Source: an uncultured Actinomycetes bacterium
GTDB lineage: Bacteria > Actinomycetota > UBA4738 > HRBIN12
Length of the DNA: 64,000 nt
Assembly (NCBI GenBank): GCA_963817235.1
Contig: CAWFNS010000006.1
Span: 204,163 to 268,162 of the forward strand
Reading direction: 5' to 3'
The position numbers and the translations under genes were made by a program. Shown in pieces: positions 38,557-48,434 of this stretch. Position 1 is the first letter of the stretch. The number at the start of each line of letters is the position of its first letter. Under the pieces are notes generated by a model. That model was not told the origin of the DNA. It did no database searches and was given only the letters and a program-made list of their open reading frames with translations.

Positions 38557-39659
38557 TCACCGACGGGATCGACGAACCGCCGTTGGAACCAGCGCTCGAT
38601 GTCGGCCGGGGCGATCGCGCCGACCAGGCTCCCGTTCGAGAGCACGAGCGCGTCGCGGCCGGCTATCCATTCGACGACGTCGTCCAGCCGGTCGGTCGGC
38701 GCCACGACCGTCGTCTGGCTGAGCGGCGTCATGCCGTCGCGGACCGGACGGAGCGGATCGCGCCCACCGACCTTCCTGGCGGAATCCATCGACACCGTGC
38801 CGACGACGCGACCGGCCTCCGTCACCGGGAAGGTCCGATCCGGGACGTCGCGGAGCCACCGGGCCGACGCCTCCGAGAGCGAGATCGACGCGGGGATCTG
38901 CTCGGTCGGGGGCGGCCGCATCGCGTCGGCCGCGGTGCCGTGAGCGAGGATGTCTCGAGCCTTCACGCGTTGCGGGGTGCCTCGGCCGGTCGTCACCAGC
39001 ACGAAGCCGAGGTAGCCGAAGAAGAGCCACAGCCCGGTCGTGCTCCGGAACGTGAGGATCGCGGCACCGATCAGCGCCGCGCCCACCACGACCGCGCCGT
39101 ACCCGGCCACGAGCACGGCCGTCCGGCGGTTCTTCGTGATCGCCCACGTGGCGGCGAGCAGCATCCGCCCGCCGTCCAGAGGGAACCCCGGGAGCGCGTT
39201 CGCGCGCCCGATGAAGAGGTTGAGCCCCGCCAGTTGGCGGAGGATGTCGCGCGTGAGCGCCGAGGTCGACCGCACCCGCCGCGAACCAGAACGCCGCCGC
39301 GAGGACCAGCGTCGTCGCGGGTCCGACGAACGCGATCACGAACTCAGCGAACGGGTCCCTTCGCGCTCGACGCGGTCTCGGTGGCGCCGCCCCAGAACAC
39401 GAGGGTGATCCCGGCGACCGGCAGGCCGAACCCGCGCGCGGCGATCGCGTGTGCTGCTTCGTGCAGCAGGACGCCCCCGAAGAACAGCGATGCCCTCGAA
39501 GATCGTGAGCCAGACGGCCCGGGCCGGGCTCGGCACCGCGCGCTCGAGGCTCGTGTAGATGATGAACCCCCAGAGCAGGACGACCCAGATCCACGAGGTG
39601 GCCACGTAGATCGGGATGCCACGGACCGTGACCAGCTTGAACCGGTTGCCGATGGGCAT
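38557..39659 (-). CDS. M50 site-2 metalloprotease with tandem CBS domains (at least 3 frame disruptions; 3' end unresolved)
   Basis: MPIGNRFKLVTVRGIPIYV (ORF 39336..39659). HEAAH zinc motif in ORF 39344..39622. NALPGFPLDGGR and the CBS pair in the upper part of ORF 35601..39275. Confidence 0.7.
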
Positions 39660-39701
39660 CCTCCGAGGGTACCGGCTCGCGGGTTTGGCGGCGCCGGGCC
39701 G

Positions 39702-40604
39702 CTACCCGAGGTCGAGGCCGAGCAGCTCGCCCAGCTCGTGCCCGTTCCGCACGGCGAAGTCCTGGTAGCAGTTGTTCATCAGGACGTGGGTCTCACGCGT
39801 TTCCTTCGCGAGCGCGTCGATCCTGGGGACCCATTCCGAGAGCTCGTCCTTCGTGTAGTCGTACCGGAAGCGCTCGCTGGCGGTCTCGGCCTTCGAGGTC
39901 CACGCCTCCTTGCTCCGACCGTGGAAGCGGACCATGGAGATGTCGGACGCGGTGGCCGCCGCGACCGGCGGGATGCTCGAATCGAACCCCTGCGGCATGT
40001 CCACGCACACGTACGGCAGGTTGCGCTCCTGCAGGAACGACAGCGTCTCCTCCGCGTTCCGCTCCTCCATCCAGCTCTTGTGCCGGAACTCGACCGCCAC
40101 GCGGTAGTCGGGCAGCCGCGCGGCGCATTCCTCGATGTACGCCTTGCTCGTCTTCGAGATGACGAACCACTGCGGGAACTGGAAGAGCACGGCGCCGAGC
40201 TTCCCGGCCGAGTGCAGCGGCATCAGCGCGTCGCGGAACCGCTGCCACACCTCCTCCACGACCTCGTCGGGGAGCTTGTCTCGATACACGCGGCGTTTCC
40301 CCTCCGGGAGGAGGGGCTGGAGGTCCTTGTAGATCGACTCGGCCCGCGTCGGGTGGTTCGTGAGGAGCGAGTAGGCCTTGATGTTGAAGGTGAATGCCGG
40401 TGGTGTTCGCTCGATCCACAGCACGGAGTTCTGTTCCGACGGCGGGAAGTAGTAGGTGGAATCCACCTCGACGATCGGGAAGCGCGACGCGTAGAACTGC
40501 AGGCGTTTCTCGGCCGTGTGCGCGTCCGGCGGGTAGAAGTTCCCGTCCTTGATCAGCGTCTTGTCCGTCCAGGAGGACGTGCCGATCAGGATCTGCCCGG
40601 CCAC
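39702..40604 (-). CDS. DUF72 (UPF0759/YecE-like) family protein
   Basis: 300 aa. IGTSSWTDKTL...FYPP, FPIVEVDSTYY, LFQFPQWF and VEFRHKSW are characteristic of DUF72. Confidence 0.75.
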   Translation of the reverse strand: MAGQILIGTSSWTDKTLIKDGNFYPPDAHTAEKRLQFYASRFPIVEVDSTYYFPPSEQNSVLWIERTPPAFTFNIKAYSLLTNHPTRAESIYKDLQPLLPEGKRRVYRDKLPDEVVEEVWQRFRDALMPLHSAGKLGAVLFQFPQWFVISKTSKAYIEECAARLPDYRVAVEFRHKSWMEERNAEETLSFLQERNLPYVCVDMPQGFDSSIPPVAAATASDISMVRFHGRSKEAWTSKAETASERFRYDYTKDELSEWVPRIDALAKETRETHVLMNNCYQDFAVRNGHELGELLGLDLG

Positions 40605-40607
40605 GGA

Positions 40608-41036
40608 TCAGTCGGCGTCGACCGACGTACTCGGGTCCGCTTCCCTCTTCGTGCGTGCCGACTTGCGTCGGAGCGTCTTGTCGGCGGCGGCCTGCGCCAC
40701 GTCCTTGGCCTTCATCAGCAGCCGGCGCGCCCACATGTACTCGGTGGCGAGGATCCCGAGACCGACGAAGATCAGCGCCCATCCCGGAAGGATCGGCAAC
40801 GCGAGCCCCGCGATCCCGAGGAGCAGGACGACGGTTCCGGCGACGGTGACCGCGATGCGCTTGCCGCTGCGGCGGATGAACCGGCCGATCGCCTTGAACG
40901 GGACGAACGCGGGGTGATCGTGCCAGCGACGCGCGGCGGCCGGCGCGACGGCTTCGAGCTCGGCGACGACGGCCGACGCGTCGACCTCCTCCGGTTCGTC
41001 GCCCCAGATGTCTGGCTGCCGCTCAGGCTCGGTCAT
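40608..41036 (-). CDS. PGPGW-motif small membrane protein
   Basis: 142 aa with two TM helices around LPILPGWALIFVGLGILATEY. Confidence 0.65.
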   Translation of the reverse strand: MTEPERQPDIWGDEPEEVDASAVVAELEAVAPAAARRWHDHPAFVPFKAIGRFIRRSGKRIAVTVAGTVVLLLGIAGLALPILPGWALIFVGLGILATEYMWARRLLMKAKDVAQAAADKTLRRKSARTKREADPSTSVDAD

Positions 41037-41196
41037 CAGGTCGCCAGTCTCTCATGAGGTCCGACCCGGGTGTTCGTCGAGGCCGATCGCATGCTTGTCA
41101 CTCTTTCCACCGCGCTCGTATTGCCTGTGGATTGGAACACGGCGTAGAACTTCGATGCAGAGAGGGCGCCGCGTGACGCGGACGGGGAGGGGGCCC

Positions 41197-42606
41197 ATGG
41201 CAACGATGGTTGGTGCTCGACGACCGAGAGTGCGGGCGGCGACGCCGAGGATCCTTGGCCGTCCGGGTGTATTCATGGGTTGTCACCGCAGTGTTTGTTT
41301 CCGCGTCGATAATCGGTTGGCGCCGATCTGCTGTCACGACGATGGAGAACGTCGACGAGTTGATCGCCTTCACGCTCGCAGCGATGGCTGCGGACTTCCT
41401 CCGCGTTCGGCTCTGGCGCGAGATGTCATTTTCTGTTTCCCTCCCTGTCCTCCTAGCAGCAGGAATGATCCTGCCCCCTTGGCAGGCCGCAGCGGTCGCC
41501 TTTGTCGGGTCAATGGATGTCCAAGAGATTCGCCGAGGAGTGCCCTTCTCTCGCATGGTGTTCAATCGTTCGGAGATTGGGCTGAGCGTGATGGCGGCCT
41601 CTGCAGGGTTTCACGCGCTAGCGGGTGACAGCGTGAGTTGGCCCTCGGTACTTGTGCCATCGCTCGTCGCTCTTGCTTAGACGCCGCAGTCAACGCGGCG
41701 CTTGTTGCCTGGCCGGTGGCCAAACTCCACGCCGTTTCGACTGGTGATGTCGTGCGGCGGATGTTCGGTCCCAGGTATGGCGAGAGTCTGCTTCGGTACG
41801 TTGGAGTGGGTCTGATGGCGCCTCTTATCGCTATCGTGTGGCTGACAACTGGTGCATACGGGCTGGCGGCATTTCTCATCCCCTCGGGCTTGGCCTGGTC
41901 GTCCTACGTCGAAGCTGAACGGCTGCGCCGAGGCCTCGGTACAAATCGAGACGAAGAACCAGAGCCTCATGCTGGCGCTTGACGGCGATCGCTTCTGAAA
42001 GGCGAGACGAACGCCTCGTCCTCGCCGGCGAGCTGCATGATTCAGTGCTTCCTGCAATGTTCAAGGTCCAGCTCATGGGGCAGGTGATGCGGCAAGACCT
42101 GGCCGAGGGCAAGCTGCTCGATCTCGAAGATGACCTGCCTCCACTCAATGAGGCGATATCCGAAGCCCAAGATACGAGTCAGAGGCGTGACTGGCGGCTT
42201 GCGAGAATCGTCCGTTGGTCCCGGCGGTCTGGCAAGCGCGCTCAAGAGCCTCGCGGGTGACTTAGAAGCGGTCTCCTCGACGAGATTCGAACTCGATTTA
42301 GACGAAGTCGAGGCGACCGATACGGCCCAGCTCGTTGCCTACCACGTCGGGCGTGAGGCGATGATGAACGCATCCAAGCACTCGAAGGCGGATCTTGTTT
42401 CCGTGTCTTTGAAGCAGACGACTGACGGCGTCAGTCTCGAGATACGGGATTCCGGCGTCGGCTTTGCGCCGCGATTCGATAGCAAGCCGCTTCATTTCGG
42501 CATGGAACTCATGGCCGAGCGAGCGGAGGCAGCTGGCGGGAGGCTCTCCGTCGAGTCGTTCCTCGGGAAGGGCACGACTGTCGTCTCTGTTCCTCCCGAA
42601 GGCTGA
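41197..42606 (+). CDS. Orphan sensor histidine kinase 1, HisKA_3/HATPase_c with polytopic N-terminal domain (3-4 frame disruptions; possibly decayed)
   Basis: ATG at 41197 after GGGGAGGGGG. The pieces are ORFs 41210.., 41638.., 41979.. and 42130..42606. H-box LAGELHDSVLP, N-box REAMMNASKHS, G1 IRDSGVGF, G2 FGMELMAERA. Lower GC than the flanks. Confidence 0.65.
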
Positions 42607-42644
42607 ATCAATCGCGGACGAGGGCAAGCGCCTCGCATAGTCAG

Positions 42645-42674
42645 AAGAGGCCCCCGGTTTCCCGGGGGCCTCTT
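42645..42674. terminator. 13-bp GC-rich hairpin between convergent genes (probable bidirectional intrinsic terminator)
   Basis: AAGAGGCCCCCGG-TTTC-CCGGGGGCCTCTT, located 39 nt after the kinase-1 stop and 25 nt after the mini-gene stop. No long U-tract on either strand. Confidence 0.6.
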
Positions 42675-42698
42675 GGAATCTCAGAAGAGTCGAGTCGC

Positions 42699-42788
42699 TT
42701 AGCCTGGCACTTTCCAGTGCGCCCCACCGGCAAGGGCGAGGGCAGCGATCGACCCGAGGGCCAAAACCACCCTGCGGACGAGCTTCAT
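42699..42788 (-). CDS. 29-aa signal-peptide-like mini-protein MKLVRRVVLALGSIAALALAGGAHWKVPG
   Basis: Not in the ORF track (too short). ATG at 42788 preceded by GGAGAAAGGGAGGA with a 5-nt spacer. TAA at 42699-42701. Has an n-region KLVRR, a hydrophobic core and an ALA motif. Followed by the hairpin at 42645-42674. Confidence 0.45.
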   Translation of the reverse strand: MKLVRRVVLALGSIAALALAGGAHWKVPG

Positions 42789-42928
42789 GAACGTCCTCCC
42801 TTTCTCCGGACCCCCAGTTGGGGGACACGCACGTCACTATCGGGGGACCCCTCCCGGGGGACAAGGCGGAATAACGGCCTACTTCATATGAACTATCGTG
42901 CCTACTTGCCTGGCAGGCTGCGGGCGTC

Positions 42929-44466
42929 ATGATGTTTGGCCGTGGACGAGGAGGAGCGCTCCCGGGCGGCGAAGCTGCTGATTGTCGAGATCGGCGTGAT
43001 TGTTCCGACCGTCGTTCTTATCGCGATCCTAGTCCCGCGCCAGGACCCTTCCTTCAGAGTCGTGCTTCTCTTGTGGTCTCTCCTAATCACTGCCATCGAG
43101 TTTCTTCCCGTGCCCGCATGGCGTGGTCTAACGATTAGCGTCGGATTCCCAGTCCTGATGAGCTGGCGATCTTGTACCCAGTCAGGCACGGCCGGCTTGC
43201 TCACTCTGCTGGGCACTGCAGACCCCGAGAATTCCGAAGGGAAGTCGGAATCGCACCGGCTCTCTTCAACCGGAGCCAGGTTGCCCTGTCAGTTCTGGCG
43301 GCGAGTGCTGTGTTTCACGTCTTTCAGCCTCCGGATCCAGCCAAAGACTGCTCGAAGCCAATCCGCTGATCATCGTTGGCGCAGCAGCTTCTTGCCGCGG
43401 TCGCCGACTATGCCGTCAACGTGAGCTTGGTGACGTCTACATGAGTACGAAGCTCGAAATCCCGCCTCTTCAGATGCTGCGGCAGCTCACTATCGGCAAT
43501 GTGCGCGATTTCCTCGTTGGGTACCTTGGGCTTGGACTTCTTGGTCTGACTCAAGCTGTGCTCTTTCAAGGCAATCTGGCGCCTTCTCGCTTCCCGTCTT
43601 CCTGGCGCCGTCTCCTGTTCGCTCGCCAGATGTTCTTCCGCACCCACGCTCTCGAGGAGGCGCACGTCGAGCTCAAGGAACGCGAAGAGATCCTTCGAGA
43701 CCTTTCGAACACGATGGCCGAGGAGCGCGCCGACGAGCGATTACAGATCGCCGGCTATCTCCATGATGACCTCGCCCAGGTGCTGTTCCGGCTCAGCCTC
43801 CAGGTCGACGTTGCGCGCAAGCTCCTCGACAAGAACGACTTCGTGGATCTCCGTCAGCAGCTCGAGAAGATCCGCGAGTCGAAGCAGGAGACCTCGGACC
43901 GGATCCGCGCGCTCATCCGCGAGCTGCACCGCTCCCCGCTCGGCGCGAAGGGTCTCGCGGAGGCGCTCGAGTCGTTCACGGACGAGGTCGGGCGCGACTC
44001 GGGCGTGCAGTTCAAGCGGGACGTCCAGGACCTCGATCTGCCGGCGCCGATCGCGTTGTTGGTCTTCCAGATCGCCCGCGAGGCGATCTTCAATGCTCTG
44101 AAGCATGCGCGGGCCACCGAGATGTCGATCTCGGTGACGGAGGACGAAGAGGACATCGTCTTGCGGCTGATGGACAACGGCGTCGGGTTCGACACCTCGG
44201 CGCCCGGTCCTGAAGGGCACTACGGCATGGCGACGATGCGCGAACGCGCGAAGGTCGGTGGAGGCTCGTTCGACGTCGCGAGCGAACCCGGGAAGGGAAC
44301 CACGATCGTGGTGCGGTTCCCGATCGCGCTGCTCCAGCAGGATCAGGCGCCCGAGGGCTCGTCGCCGAACGGCTCGGCGGGCCACGTCGTCCCCGGCGCG
44401 ATCGGAGGATCGCCGCGCACGAGCGAGGGCGCGGGGCCGAGGTCCGAGGCCGGCCGTCCCCGCTAG
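42929..44466 (+). CDS. Orphan sensor histidine kinase 2, HisKA_3/HATPase_c, paralogue of kinase 1 (frame disruptions in the membrane domain, about 43150-43440)
   Basis: Pieces are ORFs 42929/42936.., 43172.. and 43441..44466. H-box IAGYLHDDLAQVL, N-box REAIFNALKHA, G1 MDNGVGF, G2 HYGMATMRERA. Its N-terminal domain shares the FNRS[EQ]..LSV.AASA.FH motif with kinase 1. Confidence 0.75.
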
Positions 44467-46404
44467 AGGTGCTGGCGGAACCACCCCACGATCCGTTCGA
44501 TCCGATCCACGCGGCGGTCCGGCCGGCCGTTCGTCTTGAGGCCGTGCGGCTCGTTCGGGTACCTGATCATCTCCACCGTCGCGCCGGCGCGATGCAGGAC
44601 CGCGAAGGCGATGTCGGTGTTGATCGGTGGGCATCGCAGATCGCCGTCCGTGTGCAGCAGCAGCATCGCTGCTCGAGCTCGATGCAGCGACCGGTACGGT
44701 GAGGCGGCGACGAGCTCCTCGACGTGCTGCGGGACCCGCGACTCACCGACGGCCGACGCGGCGATCTCGAACGGGAAGTCGGCGCCGCCCCACTCCGCGA
44801 CGTGATCCGTGACGGGGTTCTCGCTGACCAATGCTCGGAACCGATCCGGATGGTGGCCGGCCAGGTGGTTCACGAGGTACCCGCCGTAGGACGCGCCCAT
44901 CGCGCCGACGCGATCGGCATCCACGATGCCGTCGGCCGCGAGCCGATCCAGGAGCGCGAGCAGCTCCCGCGTGTCGGGATCGCCCCAGTCGCCGAACAGC
45001 CGGCGAGCGAGATCCTCTCCGTACCCGACGGAGCCCGACGGGTTCGCGTAGACGACGTGGAACCCGGCGCTCGCCACCGCGGTCATGTCGAGCCACGGCG
45101 TCGCCGAGTGCATCGCGTGGGGGCCGCCGTGGATCTGCAGGACGGTCGGGCGGCGACCGCGTCCGCCGCTGAGGAACCACGCGTCGATCGACCGCGGCCG
45201 CGTCGCGAACTCGCTGATCCGCTCGGGGTCGCGCCGGAACGGTCCGAACCACCGGCCGCCGTCGGTCGTGATCCGTCGAGCGCCGCCGTCCGCGACCTCG
45301 TAGAGCTCGGGAGGGCACGCGCGGTCGGTCGCCAGCAGCACGACGCGCCCGCCGGCGGTCCGCTCCTCGATCGAGACCATCTCGCCATCGACCAGCCGCT
45401 CGATCGATCCGTCGAGACCGATCCGATGCGGCAGGGCGGTTCCGTGATCCGAGACGGAGACGACGAGGTTCCGCTCGTCGAGCCAGTGCGGCTCCTGCGC
45501 GCCGAGCAACCCGCCCGTGAACAGGTCGCCGTACGCGAAGTTGCCGATCGGACGGTCGAGCTCTTCCGCCAGTTGGACCCAGCCCCTGCCGTCCCGCACG
45601 AACAGCGCGCTGTTCTGCCATCCCGCGATGAACGGCAGCCGGTTCGCGATGACGGCCAGACGACCTTCCGGCGACCAGGCCGCCCCCATCGCGCCGCCCG
45701 GGAACGACGTGAGCGGGCGGAGCCGACCTCCGTCCGGCGAGACGAGGAACGGTTGCGGCACCTCGCCGTCGATCGTCCCGTCGGGCGTGGCCGCCAGGAC
45801 GGCGATCGACGTCCCGTCCGGCGCCCAGATCGCGCTCGCGGCGTTGCGGCGTGGCCGGCGTGATCCGTCGCGGCTTCCCTCGGCCCGACGCGGACGCGAT
45901 CCACACCGCGGACAACTGATCGATGACCCCGGCGCCGTCGAGCCGCCAGAACGGCGTCGTGATCCGGCGCACGGTCGGATCCGACGCGACGCCCTCGATG
46001 AATCGCTGCTCGCCGTTCGGGGCGATCACGGCGACCCGCCGCCCGTCGGGCGCCCACTCCGCGGCGGCGACCCCGTCGGGGAAGCCGGGGAGCATCGACG
46101 CCTCGCCGCCCCCGAGCGGCATCACCCAGACCTGCGGCTTCTCGCCTTCGCGATCCGACACGAACAGCACCCGGCCGCCGTCCGGAGAGATCCGCGGGCG
46201 TCCGTCCGACGCGTCCGGGTCCGTGAGCCGTTCGGGACGGCCGCCGTCCACGGCGACCCGCCACAGGCGCGACCGGTACCGATCGCGTTCGATCGTCTGC
46301 CGTGCGTACACCGCCGTCGAGCCGTCGGGCGCGAGATCGAAGCCCGTGATCCGGACCTGCGAGCGGACGTCCGCGCCGCGGAACGGACGGGGGGCGTTGG
46401 CCAT
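44463..46404 (-). CDS. S9-family serine peptidase (prolyl oligopeptidase/acylaminoacyl-peptidase-like) (frame disruption near 45850)
   Basis: Beta-propeller N-terminus in ORF 44743..46404. Catalytic domain in ORF 44463..45761 with GASYGGY (Ser), HTDGDLRCP (Asp) and NEPHGL (His). Confidence 0.8.
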
Positions 46405-46460
46405 CGGTCGAGCTCCTTCGGAACGGTTCGCGCGAACGCTACCCCGTTCGCCGGTACCGT

Positions 46461-47541
46461 GTGACGCCGATGGACGAACGATGGCGCTTCGAAGGGGTGC
46501 GGCTCCCGGACGGTGAGCTCGACGCGCTGTGGATCGGGGACGGGCTGCTCCGGCGGAGCGCCGTGGACGGCGCCGAGCTCCTCCCGGGACGGTTCGTCCT
46601 GCCGGGTCTCGTCGATGCGCACGCGCACCCGACGATCGATATGGCCGAGCGAGGAGCCCCGTGGGGGAGCGAGGCGCTCGTCGAGGCGAACCTGGAGGAG
46701 AACGCGTTCGCGGGCGAGTTGCTGATCCGCGAGATCGGCGCCGTGGGCGACCGATGGAGCCTCGAGGGGATCGGCGAACGCCTCCCGCGGATGCAGCGGG
46801 CGGGACGCTTCGTGGCTCCGGCTGGCGGGTACTACGACTGGCTGGGGGTGTTCACCCAACCGGAGGCGGCGCGAGACGAGGTCGGTCGCCAGATCGCGGC
46901 CGGCGCCACCTGGATCAAGGTGGTCGGCGACTGGCCGGTCGACGGCGGCATCAGGGTGAACTACGAGCCCGAGGTCCTGCGCGGCCTCGTGGATGCGGCG
47001 CACGCGGCCGGCGCGAGGGTCGGCGCCCACGTCATGTCGCGTGCGGCGACCGAGGTGGCGATCGAGGCGGGCGTCGACTCCCTGGAGCACGCGCCGTTGC
47101 TGGACGAGGCTCTGCGTCCGACGGATGGCCGAACTCGGCGCGGCGTGGACGCCGACCCTGGCGGCGGTCGGGCCGTTGCTCGATGGCTCCGAGGATCCGG
47201 TCCGGCTGGCGTTCATGGCGGGGGAGCTCCGGGAGGCCGGCGAGCGCTATCCGACCGTGCTGCGGACGGCCCGCGCGCTCGGGGTGCCGGTGCTCGCCGG
47301 CACCGACGTCCTGCCGCCCGGATCGATGGCGGTCGAGATCGCGGCCTTGCATCGATGGGGTCTGTCGCCGACGGAGGCGCTCGAGTCGGCGACGACCGTC
47401 GCTCGCGCGTACCTCGGAGAACCGGCGTTGGACACGGGTGCCCGCGCCGACCTCGTCACCTACGACGCGGACCCGCGGGAGGACCCCGAGGTGCTGCGGA
47501 CGCCGGCGTCCGTGCTCCTGCACGGCCGTCGCATCCGGTGA
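46461..47541 (+). CDS. Amidohydrolase-family metal-dependent hydrolase (frame disruption near 47105)
   Basis: LPGLVDAHAHP (HxH). GARVGAHV...SLEHA. The C-terminal part is in ORF 46993..47541 (AGTDV...ADLVTYDADP). Confidence 0.7.
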
Positions 47542-47561
47542 GCGACGGTACGCTCGGAGCG

Positions 47562-48425
47562 ATGTCGGACGACCTCGGCTACTTCGGTCCGCGGAGCGTG
47601 AGCTGGCGCGTGCACCGCGAGGTCACCGTGCTCTTCGGCGGCGCGCGAGCGTTGCTGCTGCAGGCCGCGCACCCGCTCGTGGTGGCCGGCGCGAACCAGA
47701 CCGGGATGTACGACCGCAACCCGTGGCGGCGACTCCAGCGCACGCTCGTCCTGACGTACACGATCACGTTCGGCACGAAGGCCGAGGCGCACGCGGCGGC
47801 GGACAAGATCAACGAGGTCCATGCGCGCATCAACGGGATCGATCCCGTGACCGGCCTCCCGTACGACGCGCTCGACCCCGAGCTGCTGCTCTACGTCCAC
47901 GCCTGCCTCGTCGACTCCGCGCTGCTGTTCGAGGAGCTCACCGTCGGCGAGCTGGACGATCGCGGGCGGCAACGGTTCCACGAGGAGCAGATGCTGGCGG
48001 CGGAGCTGGTGAAGGTGCCGAGGGAGATCATCCCGCCGACCGTGCCCGAGCTCCGCGCGTGGCTCGCGGCGTTCGTGGCGCGGGGCGACGTCCGGGTGAC
48101 CGAGGGGGCGCGGCGTGTCTACGACCTCTTCCTGCATCCGCCTGCGGAGGCGGAGTGGCGCGCGATCCTCCCGGGGGTGTCGCGGCTCGCGTTCGCCACG
48201 CTCCCGGCGCCGGTCCGCGAGATGTACGGCATCGGGATGACGCCGGCCAAGTCGGCCGCGCTGCGGGCGACGTTCGCGTCCATCCGGGCGGTGCGGCCGT
48301 TCCTTCCGGCGCGGGTCCGCTACCTGGCGCCGTACAACGAGTGGCGCCTGCGGCAACGGGGGCACGAGGTCGGGCCCGGTGTGGCCGAGCACCGGCGTTC
48401 GCTCGGGATCCGTCTCGGCGCCTAG
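47562..48425 (+). CDS. DUF2236/MpaB-like oxygenase family protein
   Basis: Internal ATG of ORF 46461..48425. FGPRSVSWRVHREVTVLFGGARALLLQAAHPLV and HEEQ motifs. Confidence 0.6.
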   Translation: MSDDLGYFGPRSVSWRVHREVTVLFGGARALLLQAAHPLVVAGANQTGMYDRNPWRRLQRTLVLTYTITFGTKAEAHAAADKINEVHARINGIDPVTGLPYDALDPELLLYVHACLVDSALLFEELTVGELDDRGRQRFHEEQMLAAELVKVPREIIPPTVPELRAWLAAFVARGDVRVTEGARRVYDLFLHPPAEAEWRAILPGVSRLAFATLPAPVREMYGIGMTPAKSAALRATFASIRAVRPFLPARVRYLAPYNEWRLRQRGHEVGPGVAEHRRSLGIRLGA

Positions 48426-48434
48426 ACTCCGCGG

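Noticed and set aside
41197-42606. Calling kinase 1 a definite pseudogene.
   Set aside because: It needs 3-4 frame corrections, but essential genes in this window (proS, the PBP, selA) need 2-3 each. All kinase motifs are intact, so the disruptions cannot be distinguished from the background error rate.
42717-42932. The 71-aa plus-strand ORF in the inter-kinase region.
   Set aside because: It has no RBS and an Arg/Gly/Pro-rich composition, and it overlaps the better-supported minus-strand mini-gene and its leader. It is probably spurious.
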